From contig CAWCPD010000003.1 in NCBI GenBank assembly GCA_963797465.1, forward strand, positions 135,899 to 199,898: 64,000 nucleotides of DNA. Reading direction: 5' to 3'. The translations under genes and the position numbers were made by a program. The stretch is from an uncultured Actinomycetota bacterium (GTDB lineage: Bacteria; Actinomycetota; Thermoleophilia; Gaiellales; Gaiellaceae). Below, in pieces: positions 10,333-19,842 of the stretch. The notes under the pieces were generated by a model, which saw only the letters and a list, made by a program, of their open reading frames with translations, was not told where the DNA came from and ran no database searches. Each line of letters begins with the position of its first letter. Position 1 is the first letter of the stretch.

Positions 10333-10423
10333 CGGAGAAGGAGGGATTCGAACCCTCGAGGCAGGGATTACCCCACCTAACGCCTTAGCAGGGCGCCGCC
10401 TTCAGCCACTCGGCCACTTCTCC
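10333..10423 (-). tRNA. tRNA-Ser (anticodon GCU)
   Basis: The reverse complement folds as a cloverleaf: acceptor GGAGAAG/CTTCTCC, anticodon loop CUGCUAA, long variable arm, T-loop GGTTCGAATCC. No encoded CCA. Confidence 0.9.
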
Positions 10424-10467
10424 GGGGCCCGCTGATCGTAGCGAAGGCCCCGACTCGCGACGGGGTT

Positions 10468-11154
10468 CTAGCTGTGAGTCGACTGGTAGACGAACGCCAC
10501 GACGTCGGCGATCTGCTGGTCGGTCAGCTGGCTCTTGAAGGGCGGCATCGCACCCTTGCCGTTGACCACGCGGTCGACGATCAGCGCCTCGTCGGGCTTC
10601 TTCTCGTCGAGGTTCGGCCCCACCGTGCCCGTGGCGCCTGCGGCCTCGAGGACGTGGCAGGCGGCGCAGCCCGAGCTTGCGAAGACGGCCTCACCGGCGG
10701 CGGCGTCGCCGTTGTCGTACGGGCCTGCCGCCCGTTTCGTCTCCGTCGGCGTCGTCTCGGCCGACGTCGTCTCGGTCTCCGTCGTCTTCGCCTCGGTGGT
10801 CACCGTGTCCGTCTGTCCGCCCTCCGTGGTCACGGTCGCGGTCGTCTCGACCTCGTTCGTGACGGTCTCCGTCGCGGTCGGCGTCGTCTCCATGGAGGTC
10901 GTGTCGGTGGGGTTCTCGGTCGCGACCTGCTCGGCGTGTGCCTCCTCGTCTTCCTTCCCGAAGACGATCACGGTCGACATCATCCCGACGAAGAGGGCGA
11001 CGCACAGGACGACGTACGCGTTGCGCCACTTCTTGCCGGGAAAGTCCGGGTTCCTCCGTGGCAGGAGGAACGACGAGACGAGCGAGAAGATGATGAAGAT
11101 CCCGCCCATCAGGGCGAGCGCAATCTCGGACTCCGTCGAGAGAGCGAACAGCAT
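10468..11154 (-). CDS. membrane-anchored monohaem c-type cytochrome with Thr/Glu-rich linker
   Basis: 228 aa. Two N-terminal hydrophobic helices, a roughly 60 aa T/E-rich low-complexity linker and a C-terminal CAACH haem motif with downstream Met (GKGAMPPF). Confidence 0.8.
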   Translation of the reverse strand: MLFALSTESEIALALMGGIFIIFSLVSSFLLPRRNPDFPGKKWRNAYVVLCVALFVGMMSTVIVFGKEDEEAHAEQVATENPTDTTSMETTPTATETVTNEVETTATVTTEGGQTDTVTTEAKTTETETTSAETTPTETKRAAGPYDNGDAAAGEAVFASSGCAACHVLEAAGATGTVGPNLDEKKPDEALIVDRVVNGKGAMPPFKSQLTDQQIADVVAFVYQSTHS

Positions 11155-11178
11155 TGCGCGAGGAACCTAGCGCAAGCG

Positions 11179-11898
11179 CTAGTCGAGTGCGGCAGTTCCG
11201 GCGGCCGGCTCGTCGCTCTCCGTCGCGGGAGCCTCGCCGGGTTCCGGGTCCCGGAGATACAGCACCTCGTAGACGACTCCCGCGATCACCGCGCCGGCGC
11301 ACGGGCCGACGTACCAGACCCAGAAGTCGGTCCAGTCGTTGCTCACGAGCTCCGGCCCGAAGGCGCGCGCGGGGTTCATCGCCGCGCCCGTGAGGCCGGC
11401 CGCCATGAGCGTGCCGAAGGTGACCGTCAGACCGACCGCGAGGCCGGCGATCTGCTTGAAGGTGCCGCGCGGGTCGGCCATCGTCGCGAAGTAGACCCAC
11501 AGGAGGAAGAACGTCAGCGTGGCCTCGATCGCGACGCCCTGACCTGCGTCGACGGCGGTGTTCAGGGTCGGCGCGCCGAGGTTCGTCGCCGCCCCGGTCG
11601 GCAGCACCCACTTCAGCATCAGGGCCGCCAGTGCTGCGCCGCCGAGCTGCACGACCCAGTACGCGAGCGCGTGGACGGCGCCGATGCGGCGCGTGACGAG
11701 GAACGCGAGCGTCACCGCGGGGTTGAAGTGCCCGCCCGAGATATGCGCGAGCGACGAGACCATCACGGCGACCACGAGCCCGGCCGCGAGCGCGATCCCC
11801 ACGAGGTCGCCGTAGATCGTGGCGCCGGCCGCGATGAAGATCAGCGCGAAGGTGCCGACGAGCTCCGCGACGCCGCGGCGGAGGAGGTCAATGCCCAC
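11179..11898 (-). CDS. MIP-family channel (aquaporin/glycerol facilitator)
   Basis: 239 aa. Two NPA boxes (HFNPAVT and MNPARAF) and six hydrophobic segments. Confidence 0.9.
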   Translation of the reverse strand: MGIDLLRRGVAELVGTFALIFIAAGATIYGDLVGIALAAGLVVAVMVSSLAHISGGHFNPAVTLAFLVTRRIGAVHALAYWVVQLGGAALAALMLKWVLPTGAATNLGAPTLNTAVDAGQGVAIEATLTFFLLWVYFATMADPRGTFKQIAGLAVGLTVTFGTLMAAGLTGAAMNPARAFGPELVSNDWTDFWVWYVGPCAGAVIAGVVYEVLYLRDPEPGEAPATESDEPAAGTAALD

Positions 11899-11936
11899 GG
11901 CCGGAGCATACGACCCCCCGCGGACGGTCGTGTCCC

Positions 11937-12188
11937 CTAGCCGCCTGCGACTGCTGCCACGACGCGGACCGCGGCGCTCTCCGCGAGCGGCCCGTCGAGC
12001 TCGTCGCGTGCGTCGTGCCCGTCGACGTACACGTTGACGAGCCCGCGCAGCTCGCCGCGCTCGTCGAAGAGGAGGCTCTCGACCGGAAGCGCGCGCAGGG
12101 CTTCCCGCAACGTCGCCGCGTGCGTCTCGAACTCGGCGCGCCCGCCGGCCTCGCGGGCGAGGATCGACGGCAGGCGGATCGCCGCCAC
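11937..12188 (-). CDS. MoaD/ThiS-family ubiquitin-like sulfur-carrier protein
   Basis: 83 aa, ends in Gly-Gly (AAVAGG). VNVYVDG is typical of the MoaD beta-grasp. GTG start. Confidence 0.65.
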   Translation of the reverse strand: MAAIRLPSILAREAGGRAEFETHAATLREALRALPVESLLFDERGELRGLVNVYVDGHDARDELDGPLAESAAVRVVAAVAGG

Positions 12189-12191
12189 GGC

Positions 12192-13220
12192 TCAGACGGT
12201 GGCGAGCTCGACCGAGAGCACCGGCGGCAGGTCACGGGCGAGCTCCGACCAGCGACCGTCCTCGAGCCCCCAGACCGAGCCGCTCTGGGTGCCGAGCACC
12301 GGCCCGCGCTCGTCCCAGCTCATGCCCTCGCGCAGCACGACGCTCCAGGCGTGCTCCGGCAGGCCGTCGGCGTGAAGCTCCCACGAGGCGCCGGCGTCGG
12401 TCGTCCGGTAGACGCCGAGCCGCCCGCCGACCGTGACGCGGTTCTCGCCGCTCTCCTCCGGCACGACGTAGGCGACGTCCGGGTCGGCCGGGTCGAGCGC
12501 GATCCCGAAGCCGAACGCGCTCGGCAGCCCGTTGCCGTCGAGCCGCTCCCACGTCTCGCCGAGGTCGTCGGAGCGGTAGACGCCGCAGTGGTTCTGCTGC
12601 CAAAGCCGGTGCGGGCTCGCCGGATGGACGAGCAGCTTGTGCACGCATTGCCCGACCTCGGGATACGGGTCGGGGAGGAAGTCGGCGGCCACTCCGGCGT
12701 TGACCGGCTGCCAGTTCGTGCCCCCGTCGTCGGAGCGGAACGCGCCCGCGGCCGAGATCGCCGCGAAGAGGCGGCCCGGCGAGGAGGGGTCGAGCGCGAT
12801 CGAGTGGCAGCACATACCGCCCGCGCCGGGCTGCCAGCGCTCGCGGGTCGGGTGCTCATTGAGCCCGGCGACCGGCCGCCACGTGGCGCCCGAGTCGTCC
12901 GTGCGGAAGAGCACGCCGGGCGCGCCGCCGAGGAAGAGCGTGCCGGGCTCGGCCCCGTGCCCGGCCTCGACGTGCCAGAGCGCCTCGAGAGCCAGGCCGG
13001 GCGCCTCGGGCGCCTCGAGCCGGTCCCAGCTCTCGCCGCCGTCGGTCGACCGATGGACGGTCGCGCCGTAGACCACGTTGTTGGAGGCCGCGTACAGGGC
13101 GCCGTCACGCGGGTCGCGCATCGCGTGGTTGATCGACCAGCCGGTGAGTGCCGGCCCGCCTAGGTCGCCGTCGCGCAGCTGGAAGAGACCCTTGCGCGTT
13201 CCCACGAGAACGAGGCGCAT
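12192..13220 (-). CDS. BNR/Asp-box repeat protein (sialidase-fold / Ycf48-like beta-propeller)
   Basis: In-frame ATG at 13220 (MRLVLVGTRKGLF). Five SxDxGxxW Asp-boxes (STDGGESW, TDDSGATW, SDDGGTNW, SDDLGETW, TTDAGASW). Confidence 0.7.
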   Translation of the reverse strand: MRLVLVGTRKGLFQLRDGDLGGPALTGWSINHAMRDPRDGALYAASNNVVYGATVHRSTDGGESWDRLEAPEAPGLALEALWHVEAGHGAEPGTLFLGGAPGVLFRTDDSGATWRPVAGLNEHPTRERWQPGAGGMCCHSIALDPSSPGRLFAAISAAGAFRSDDGGTNWQPVNAGVAADFLPDPYPEVGQCVHKLLVHPASPHRLWQQNHCGVYRSDDLGETWERLDGNGLPSAFGFGIALDPADPDVAYVVPEESGENRVTVGGRLGVYRTTDAGASWELHADGLPEHAWSVVLREGMSWDERGPVLGTQSGSVWGLEDGRWSELARDLPPVLSVELATV

Positions 13221-13262
13221 CAGTGCGGACGCTAACGCCGGACCGGCAGGATTGGCAACTCG

Positions 13263-13658
13263 ATGTCTCGCGCGACCCTCACCGACGCGCAGCGCGCCTT
13301 CCTGCGCGAGCCGAATCCGGGGGTCGCGACCACGCTCCGCCGCGACGGCTCGCCGCACTCGACGGTCGTGTGGGTCGACGAGGAGGATGGCGACGTGCTC
13401 TTCAACACGGCGGTCGGGCGCGCGAAGGAGCGGCACCTGCGGCGCGACCCGCGGGCAGCAGTGCTCGTCGTCGACCCGGCCGACCAGTACCGGTGGCTCG
13501 CCGTGAGCGGTAGCGCGACGCTCACCACCGCCGGCGCCGTCGAGCACATCGACAAGCTGTGGCGGAGGTACGAGGGCGAGCCGTTCCCGAGCGGCCGGCC
13601 CGGCGTGCGCGTGATCGTCCGGATCCGCCCCGAGCGGGTCCAGGCGTACCAGGTCTGA
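13263..13658 (+). CDS. PPOX-class (pyridoxamine 5'-phosphate oxidase-like) probable F420-dependent enzyme
   Basis: 131 aa. [17 protein letters not shown]...VLVVDP pattern of the split-barrel PPOX family. Confidence 0.7.
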   Translation: MSRATLTDAQRAFLREPNPGVATTLRRDGSPHSTVVWVDEEDGDVLFNTAVGRAKERHLRRDPRAAVLVVDPADQYRWLAVSGSATLTTAGAVEHIDKLWRRYEGEPFPSGRPGVRVIVRIRPERVQAYQV

Positions 13659-13738
13659 GCCTCGGCGCATGGAGCCCGGTTGTCGACCCGCTCGAGGGCA
13701 CCTGCGCGTTGCGGTTGGCTTCGCTTAGTCTGCGCGCC

Positions 13739-15637
13739 GTGGCGAACCGCCTGGCCCAGGAGACGAGCCCGTACCTGCTCCAGCACGCGGAGAACCCGGT
13801 CGACTGGTTCCCGTGGGGCGACGAGGCGTTTGCGAAGGCGCGCGACGAGGACAAGCCGATCCTGCTCTCGGTCGGCTACTCCGCCTGCCACTGGTGCCAC
13901 GTGATGGAGCGCGAGTCCTTCGAGAGCGCCGAGACGGCGGCGCTGATGAACGAGCACTTCGTCAGCGTGAAGGTCGACCGCGAGGAACGGCCGGACGTGG
14001 ACGCGATCTACATGGAGGCGGTCGTCGCGCTGACCGGCAGCGGTGGCTGGCCGCTCACCGTGTTCCTCAAGCCGGACGGCGAGCCGTTCTTCGGTGGGAC
14101 GTACTTCCCGCCGACACCGCGGAGCGGGCTGCGTTCGTTCCGCGAGCTGCTCCAGACGATCAGCGGGGCCTGGCGCGAGAAGCGCGACGAGGTGGAGAAG
14201 ACCTCGAAGGCGCTGATCGACCACCTGCGCTCCTCGGCCGAGCTGAAGCCGCCGGAGACGGAGGGCGAGCTCGGTGAGGGGCTGATCTACGGCGCGATCG
14301 AGAACCTGATGGCGGGCTTCGACTGGGAGTGGGGCGGCTGGGGCGGCGCGCCCAAGTTCCCGCCCGCCCCGGCGCTCGAGTTCCTGCTGCGGCGCGACGC
14401 GCCCGACCTCGTCGAGAAGACGCTCGACGGCATGGCGCTCGGCGGGATGTACGACCTCGTCGGCGGCGGCTTCCACCGCTACGCCGTCGACCAGAAGTGG
14501 CTCGTGCCGCACTTCGAGAAGATGCTCTACGACAACGCCACGCTCGCCGTCGCCTATCTGCACGGCTGGCAGGTGCTCGGCAAGGAGCGCTACCGTCAGG
14601 TGGTCGAGCAGACCGTCGAGTACATGCTGCGCGAGCTCGCCCTCGAGGGCGGCGGCCTCGCCTCGGCGCAGGACGCCGACACCGACGGCGTCGAGGGGCT
14701 CACCTTCACCTGGAAGCGCGACGGCGAGGTGCCGGACCAGCTCCTGCACATCTTCGAGGGCGACCGCTTCATCATCCGCGGCGAGCTCGACGAGGAGCTG
14801 CGCGCGCAGCTGCTCGAGCTCCGGAACGAGCGGCCGCAACCTGCGCGTGATGACAAAGCAATTGGTTCCTGGAACGGCCTCGGGCTGGCGGCGCTCGCCG
14901 AGTGCGGCCGCGTCCTCGAGCGAGCAGACTGGATCGACGCCGCCAGGCGGCTGGGCGAGTTCCTGCTCGGCCCGCTCTCATCCGACGATGGCCGCCTGCA
15001 CCGCACCTGGCGCGACGGCGTCGCGAAGGGCACCGGGTACCTCGAGGACTACGCCGACGTCGCGAACGGCCTCTACGAGCTGCACGTCGCGACCGGTGAG
15101 CTGCGCTGGCTCGAGGAGTCGAACCGGCTCGCGCGCCTCGCGGTCGAGCTCTTCGCCGACATCGAGAACGGCGGCTTCTTCCAGACGCCCGGCGACGGCG
15201 AGCAGCTCGTCGTCCGCAAGAAGGACTTCGACGACCATCCCGCCCCGAGCGGCAACTCGATGCTCGCCTACGTGCTGCTCCGGCTTGCGCGCATCTACGG
15301 CGACGACGAGCTGGAGGAGCGTGCGGCGTCGCTCTTCCGCCTGATCCCGCACATGCTGATGCGGGTGCCGTCCTCGTTCGGCTGGGCGCTCGTGGCGTTC
15401 GACCTGCACCTCGCGCCGAGGCGCGAGGTGGCGATCGTGGGGCCGCCCGACTCCGACGTGGCGAAGGCGGCGCTCGCGACCTGGCAGCCGAACGCGGTAG
15501 TCGCGTTCGGGCCGGGCGACGGCGTGCCGCTGCTCGAGGGCAAGACGCTCGTCGACGGTGAGCCCGCCGTCTACGTCTGCGAGCGCTTCGCCTGCCAGGC
15601 GCCGATAACAGACGCCGCCGAGCTCGCCTCGCCCTGA
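13739..15637 (+). CDS. thioredoxin-domain protein (DUF255/YyaL family, six-hairpin C-terminal domain)
   Basis: [26 protein letters not shown] and [14 protein letters not shown] are hallmark motifs. Start is set at the in-frame GTG at 13739 (start uncertain). Confidence 0.85.
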   Translation: MANRLAQETSPYLLQHAENPVDWFPWGDEAFAKARDEDKPILLSVGYSACHWCHVMERESFESAETAALMNEHFVSVKVDREERPDVDAIYMEAVVALTGSGGWPLTVFLKPDGEPFFGGTYFPPTPRSGLRSFRELLQTISGAWREKRDEVEKTSKALIDHLRSSAELKPPETEGELGEGLIYGAIENLMAGFDWEWGGWGGAPKFPPAPALEFLLRRDAPDLVEKTLDGMALGGMYDLVGGGFHRYAVDQKWLVPHFEKMLYDNATLAVAYLHGWQVLGKERYRQVVEQTVEYMLRELALEGGGLASAQDADTDGVEGLTFTWKRDGEVPDQLLHIFEGDRFIIRGELDEELRAQLLELRNERPQPARDDKAIGSWNGLGLAALAECGRVLERADWIDAARRLGEFLLGPLSSDDGRLHRTWRDGVAKGTGYLEDYADVANGLYELHVATGELRWLEESNRLARLAVELFADIENGGFFQTPGDGEQLVVRKKDFDDHPAPSGNSMLAYVLLRLARIYGDDELEERAASLFRLIPHMLMRVPSSFGWALVAFDLHLAPRREVAIVGPPDSDVAKAALATWQPNAVVAFGPGDGVPLLEGKTLVDGEPAVYVCERFACQAPITDAAELASP

Positions 15638-15780
15638 GAGCGCGGGAGCGCGATCGCCGCGTCCTCCCGCGCCGTTGCGAGTGAGGAATCGCCACTTGCG
15701 CGGCGCGCGCTGTCGGCCCGAACGGGGGCCCCGAATAGGGGGGTTGCCCCTACCGGCGCGGGCCGGGCGCGCCGCCTCTA

Positions 15781-16045
15781 CGCGAACGCCTTCCCCGACC
15801 TGCACCTGAGCGTCGAAGAGCTGATCGCCGAGGACGGACGAGTTCAGCGGCTCGATCATGACCGGCACCCACGACGGCGAGATCAAGGGCATCGCCGCGA
15901 CGGAACGCCAGGTCTCGATCGACAAGGCCGAGGTCTTCGCGTCGCCGACGGCAGGTTCGTCGACTACTGGTGCCAGCTCGACGTCGCCGGCAGGACCAGG
16001 CAGCTCACCGCGGAGCGGCCGGTCGGGGTGGCGGCTTCGCACTGA
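15781..16045 (+). pseudogene. SnoaL-like ester cyclase, frame-disrupted
   Basis: AFPDLHLSVEELIAEDGRV (frame a), MTGTHDGEIKGIAATERQVSIDKAEVF (frame b) and RVADGRFVDYWCQLDVAG (frame a) together reconstruct a SnoaL-type C-terminus. Needs two frameshifts, near 15850 and 15938. Confidence 0.5.
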
Positions 16046-16068
16046 TGCGCGCCGTCTAAGCTCCGCCG

Positions 16069-18450
16069 GTGGATCTGCTCGAGCTGCCCCTCGATGACCT
16101 GATGGCCGAGGCGCGCGCGCTCCGGGAGCGCGCGCGCGGGCGGCTCGTCACCTATAGCCCGAAGGTCTTCGTGCCGCTGACGAAGCTCTGCCGCGATGTC
16201 TGCCACTACTGCACGTTCGCCGCGCCGCCGAGGCGCGGCGAACGGGCGTACATGACGATCGACGAGGTGCTCGCGGTCGCGCGGGCCGGTGAGCGGGCGG
16301 GCTGCCGGGAGGCGCTCTTCACGCTCGGCGACAAGCCCGAGCTGCGCTACCGCGCCGCGCGCGAGGAGCTCGCGTCGCTCGGCTGCGAGACGACGGTCGA
16401 GTACCTGGCGCTGGCGTCGCGCGCCGTCCTGGAGGAGACCTCGCTGCTGCCGCACCTCAACCCGGGAGTCCTGACCGCCGCGGATTTCGAATTGCTCCGC
16501 CCGGTGGCGGCGTCGATGGGGCTGATGCTCGAGACGACTTCTGACCGGCTCGCCGAGCGGGGAGGCCCGCATTTCGGCTCGCCCGACAAGCTGCCGGCCG
16601 CGCGGCTCGAGACGCTGCGCCTCGCCGGCGAGGCGCGCGTGCCCTTCACGACCGGGATCCTGATCGGGATCGGCGAGACGCGCGCCGAGCGGCTCGAGGC
16701 GCTGCACGCGATCGCCGACGCGGGGCCGCACGTGCAGGAGGTGATCGTCCAGAACTTCCGCGCCAAGCCCGGCACGCGCATGGCGGAGGCGCCCGAGCCG
16801 CCGCTCGAGGAGCTGCTCTGGACGATCGCGGCCGCGCGCCTCGTCCTGCCGCCCGAGGTCGCGGTGCAGGCGCCGCCGAACCTGACCGGCGACTTCGCCG
16901 CGCTGCTCGACGCAGGCATCGACGACTGGGGCGGCGTCTCGCCGGTCACGATCGACCATGTCAACCCCGAGGCGCCGTGGCCCGAGCTCGGGCTCCTGCG
17001 CGCCGCGACGGCGAGCCGCGGCCTCGAGCTGGCGCCGCGCCTCACCGTCTATCCGGGGCACATCGGGCCGGACTGGCTCGAGGCGGAGATGCTGTCGCGC
17101 GTCCTGCGCGCGTCGGATTCGCTCGGGCTCGCGCGCGAGGACTCGTGGTCGGCCGGCGAGTCCGGCGCGGTTCCGTTCGTGGTCGGCCGCGATCCGCTTC
17201 CGCGCGCCGCCGGCCGCGAGCTCGCCGAGGACGAGATCGCGCGCCTCTTCCGTGCGCGCGGCTCCGAGCGCCTGCGCGTCCTCGCGGACGCGGACGCGCT
17301 GCGCCGCGAGGTGAACGGCGACGTCGTCACCTACGTCGTCACGCGCAACGTCCAGTACACGAACGTCTGCTACTTCCGCTGCGGCTTCTGCGCCTTCTCG
17401 AAGGGCAAGCTCGCCGCGAACCTCCGCGGCGCGCCGTACCTCGTCCCCCACGACGAGATCGTCCGCCGCGCCGAGGAGGCGTGGGAGCGGGGCGCGACCG
17501 AGATCTGCCTGCAGGGCGGGATCCACCCGGCCTTCGACGGCGACTACTACGCGTCGGTCGTACGCGCGATCAAGGACGCGGTGCCGGACCTTCACGTGCA
17601 CGCGTTCAGCGCCCTCGAGATCTGGCAGGGCGCGGCCACGCTCGGCGTCCCGCTGCGCGACTACCTGGCGCGCCTGCGCGACGAGGGCCTCGCCTCGCTC
17701 CCGGGCACGGCCGCCGAGGTGCTCGACGACAGGGTGCGCGCGGTCATCTGCCCGGACAAGATCACGAGCGCGCAGTGGCTCGAGGTGCACGAGACCGCGC
17801 ACGAGGTCGGCCTGCGCTCGAACAACACGATCATGTTCGGCCACGTCGACGGTCCGGCGAGCTGGGCGCGACATCTCGTCGCGGTGCGCGACCTGGCGCG
17901 CCGCACGGGCGGCTTCACCGAGCTCGTGCCGCTGCCGTTCGTGCACATGGAGGCGCCGCTCTACCTGAAGGGGCGCGCCCGGCCCGGGCCGACATGGGGC
18001 GAGACGCTGCTCATGCACGCCGTCGGCCGCCTCGCGCTCCATCCGTGGATCCGGAACGTCCAGGTCTCGTGGGTGAAGGCCGGCCCCCGTGGCGCGATCG
18101 AGGCGCTGCACGCGGGCGTGAACGACCTCGGCGGCACGCTGATGAACGAGTCGATCTCGCGCGCGGCCGGCTCGGAGTGGGGGCAGGAGCTCTCGCCGGA
18201 GCGGATGGAGGCGCTGATCCGCTCCGCCGGCCGCATCCCGCGGCAGCGCACGACGCTCTACGGCGACCCCCCGCCCGAGCAGGTCGCGCGGTCGTTCGGC
18301 GCGGCGCCGCTCGCGGAGACGCTGGAGCCCGCACGTGAGCGAGTCGCGGCTGGAGAGGCCGCGGCAGCTCGTTCGGCCGGTGTAGGACGAATGTCCGTCC
18401 CGGGCACGTGCGCTTGCGGCCGCGTGCCGATCGCGTTCGCCGGTGGTTGA
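16069..18450 (+). CDS. fbiC: bifunctional FO synthase (7,8-didemethyl-8-hydroxy-5-deazariboflavin synthase, CofG+CofH)
   Basis: 793 aa with two radical-SAM halves (CRDVCHYCTF and CYFRCGFCAF). Typical actinobacterial FbiC architecture. Confidence 0.9.
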   Translation: MDLLELPLDDLMAEARALRERARGRLVTYSPKVFVPLTKLCRDVCHYCTFAAPPRRGERAYMTIDEVLAVARAGERAGCREALFTLGDKPELRYRAAREELASLGCETTVEYLALASRAVLEETSLLPHLNPGVLTAADFELLRPVAASMGLMLETTSDRLAERGGPHFGSPDKLPAARLETLRLAGEARVPFTTGILIGIGETRAERLEALHAIADAGPHVQEVIVQNFRAKPGTRMAEAPEPPLEELLWTIAAARLVLPPEVAVQAPPNLTGDFAALLDAGIDDWGGVSPVTIDHVNPEAPWPELGLLRAATASRGLELAPRLTVYPGHIGPDWLEAEMLSRVLRASDSLGLAREDSWSAGESGAVPFVVGRDPLPRAAGRELAEDEIARLFRARGSERLRVLADADALRREVNGDVVTYVVTRNVQYTNVCYFRCGFCAFSKGKLAANLRGAPYLVPHDEIVRRAEEAWERGATEICLQGGIHPAFDGDYYASVVRAIKDAVPDLHVHAFSALEIWQGAATLGVPLRDYLARLRDEGLASLPGTAAEVLDDRVRAVICPDKITSAQWLEVHETAHEVGLRSNNTIMFGHVDGPASWARHLVAVRDLARRTGGFTELVPLPFVHMEAPLYLKGRARPGPTWGETLLMHAVGRLALHPWIRNVQVSWVKAGPRGAIEALHAGVNDLGGTLMNESISRAAGSEWGQELSPERMEALIRSAGRIPRQRTTLYGDPPPEQVARSFGAAPLAETLEPARERVAAGEAAAARSAGVGRMSVPGTCACGRVPIAFAGG

Positions 18451-18796
18451 CTACGCGACGGATGCGCGAGCGGAGCGTGGCGGCGTCTGGGGCAAACGGG
18501 CCCGAAGCTCGAGACGAGCTGCTGGAGCGCACCCACGAGCTGTCGGTGCTCGCCGGCGCGCTCGCGGCTCTCCGGCGCGGCGACACGCCTCTCGCCGCAG
18601 GAGTTCGAGGCGCTGAGGAGCGCCGGCGCGGATCGGATCGAGTCGCTGGCCCTCGTCGCGCCAAGGAGCGCAGCGAGGTGCTCAACGGTCTCGCTCGCCG
18701 CTCGAGGAACGCGAGTCAGGTGCCGCGGGCGACGTCGGCGTCGCTCCGCAGTCCGCCGGCATGGCTCGGTCTCATCCGCAACGCCGTCGTGAGGCC

Positions 18797-19297
18797 CTAA
18801 CAGAGCCGGCCGATGCGCCCCGTGTCGACGTCGTAGAGGAACCCGCCGACGCTCAGGTGCGCGAGATAGGGCCACGAGCGCACGCGCTGGACGTCGGCGC
18901 GGAGGGTTGTCTCCTGGTCGTCCGTGACGAGGAAGGCGAGGCTCCGCGTGTCCGGGCCGCCGGCCGCCGCCACCGCCTCGTGCACGTCCTCCTCGCCGCC
19001 GGCCGCCATCCGGCACTTCGTGTGCGCGACGACCATCACGCGGCCGACGCCGAGCAGGTACGAGGCGAGCACGAGGGTACGGAGCACGTCGTCGGTGACG
19101 CGGGCGCCGGCGTTACGCAGGATCTTGGCGTCGCCTGGAGCGAGGCCGAGCATCGCCAGCGGCTCGATCCGCGAGTCGATGCACGTGAGCACCGCCAGGC
19201 CTCGAGCCGCGCGCGCCGGCAGCCCGGCCAGCCCGAAGCCGTCCGCGTAGGCTTCGTTGGCGACGAGCACGTCCGCGAATGTCTCGTCGCCGGTCAC
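18797..19297 (-). CDS. beta-class carbonic anhydrase
   Basis: 166 aa. LTCIDSR and VVAHTKCRM zinc-ligand motifs. Confidence 0.85.
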   Translation of the reverse strand: MTGDETFADVLVANEAYADGFGLAGLPARAARGLAVLTCIDSRIEPLAMLGLAPGDAKILRNAGARVTDDVLRTLVLASYLLGVGRVMVVAHTKCRMAAGGEEDVHEAVAAAGGPDTRSLAFLVTDDQETTLRADVQRVRSWPYLAHLSVGGFLYDVDTGRIGRLC

Positions 19298-19361
19298 GGT
19301 GGCATCGTAGGAGCGTCGGCGGTCGCGGGCGAGGTGGTCCGGATCGAACGAGCGTCCGGTC

Positions 19362-19730
19362 TCAGTCCGAGAGCGTCACGAAGACACCCGAGGCGGCTTG
19401 CCCGCCGACGGCGCGGGTGGTGTGTCCCCTGCCGGCGGTGTCCTGCAGGAGCACGAGATCGCCGGGGCCGAACTCCCGGGTCTCACCGTCGGTTGTCTCG
19501 GCCGCGAGCCGGCCGGTTGCGATGAAGCAGAACTGGGGTCGCGGCGTTGGGTGCCAGTCTCCGAACCACGCCTCGGCGACCGAGAAGAAGCGGCATTCGC
19601 CGACGGGCAGTGCCGCGGAGAGATCAATGGCCGGTGCCGGCGGCGCGTAGTCGACCGGTGCGAGTGGGACGTCGACGTCCTCGAAGTGGGACTCGGCGTC
19701 CGGGCTGTTGTAGATCCGGACATACCTCAC
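19362..19730 (-). CDS. cupin-domain protein
   Basis: GTG at 19730 about 10 nt after GGAGG. GDLVLLQDTAGRGHTT cupin-like strand. The longer ORF extension is antisense to the ABC gene. Confidence 0.55.
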   Translation of the reverse strand: MRYVRIYNSPDAESHFEDVDVPLAPVDYAPPAPAIDLSAALPVGECRFFSVAEAWFGDWHPTPRPQFCFIATGRLAAETTDGETREFGPGDLVLLQDTAGRGHTTRAVGGQAASGVFVTLSD

Positions 19731-19842
19731 AGGCTGCACCTCCAGGGTCGAATGGCGTTCCGGGCGGTCGTCCGTCTTGCAGCCATGCTCCCATGATCCC
19801 CGTCGGGCACGCTTCGAGCCGGCCACCAGCACCTGTCGATCG

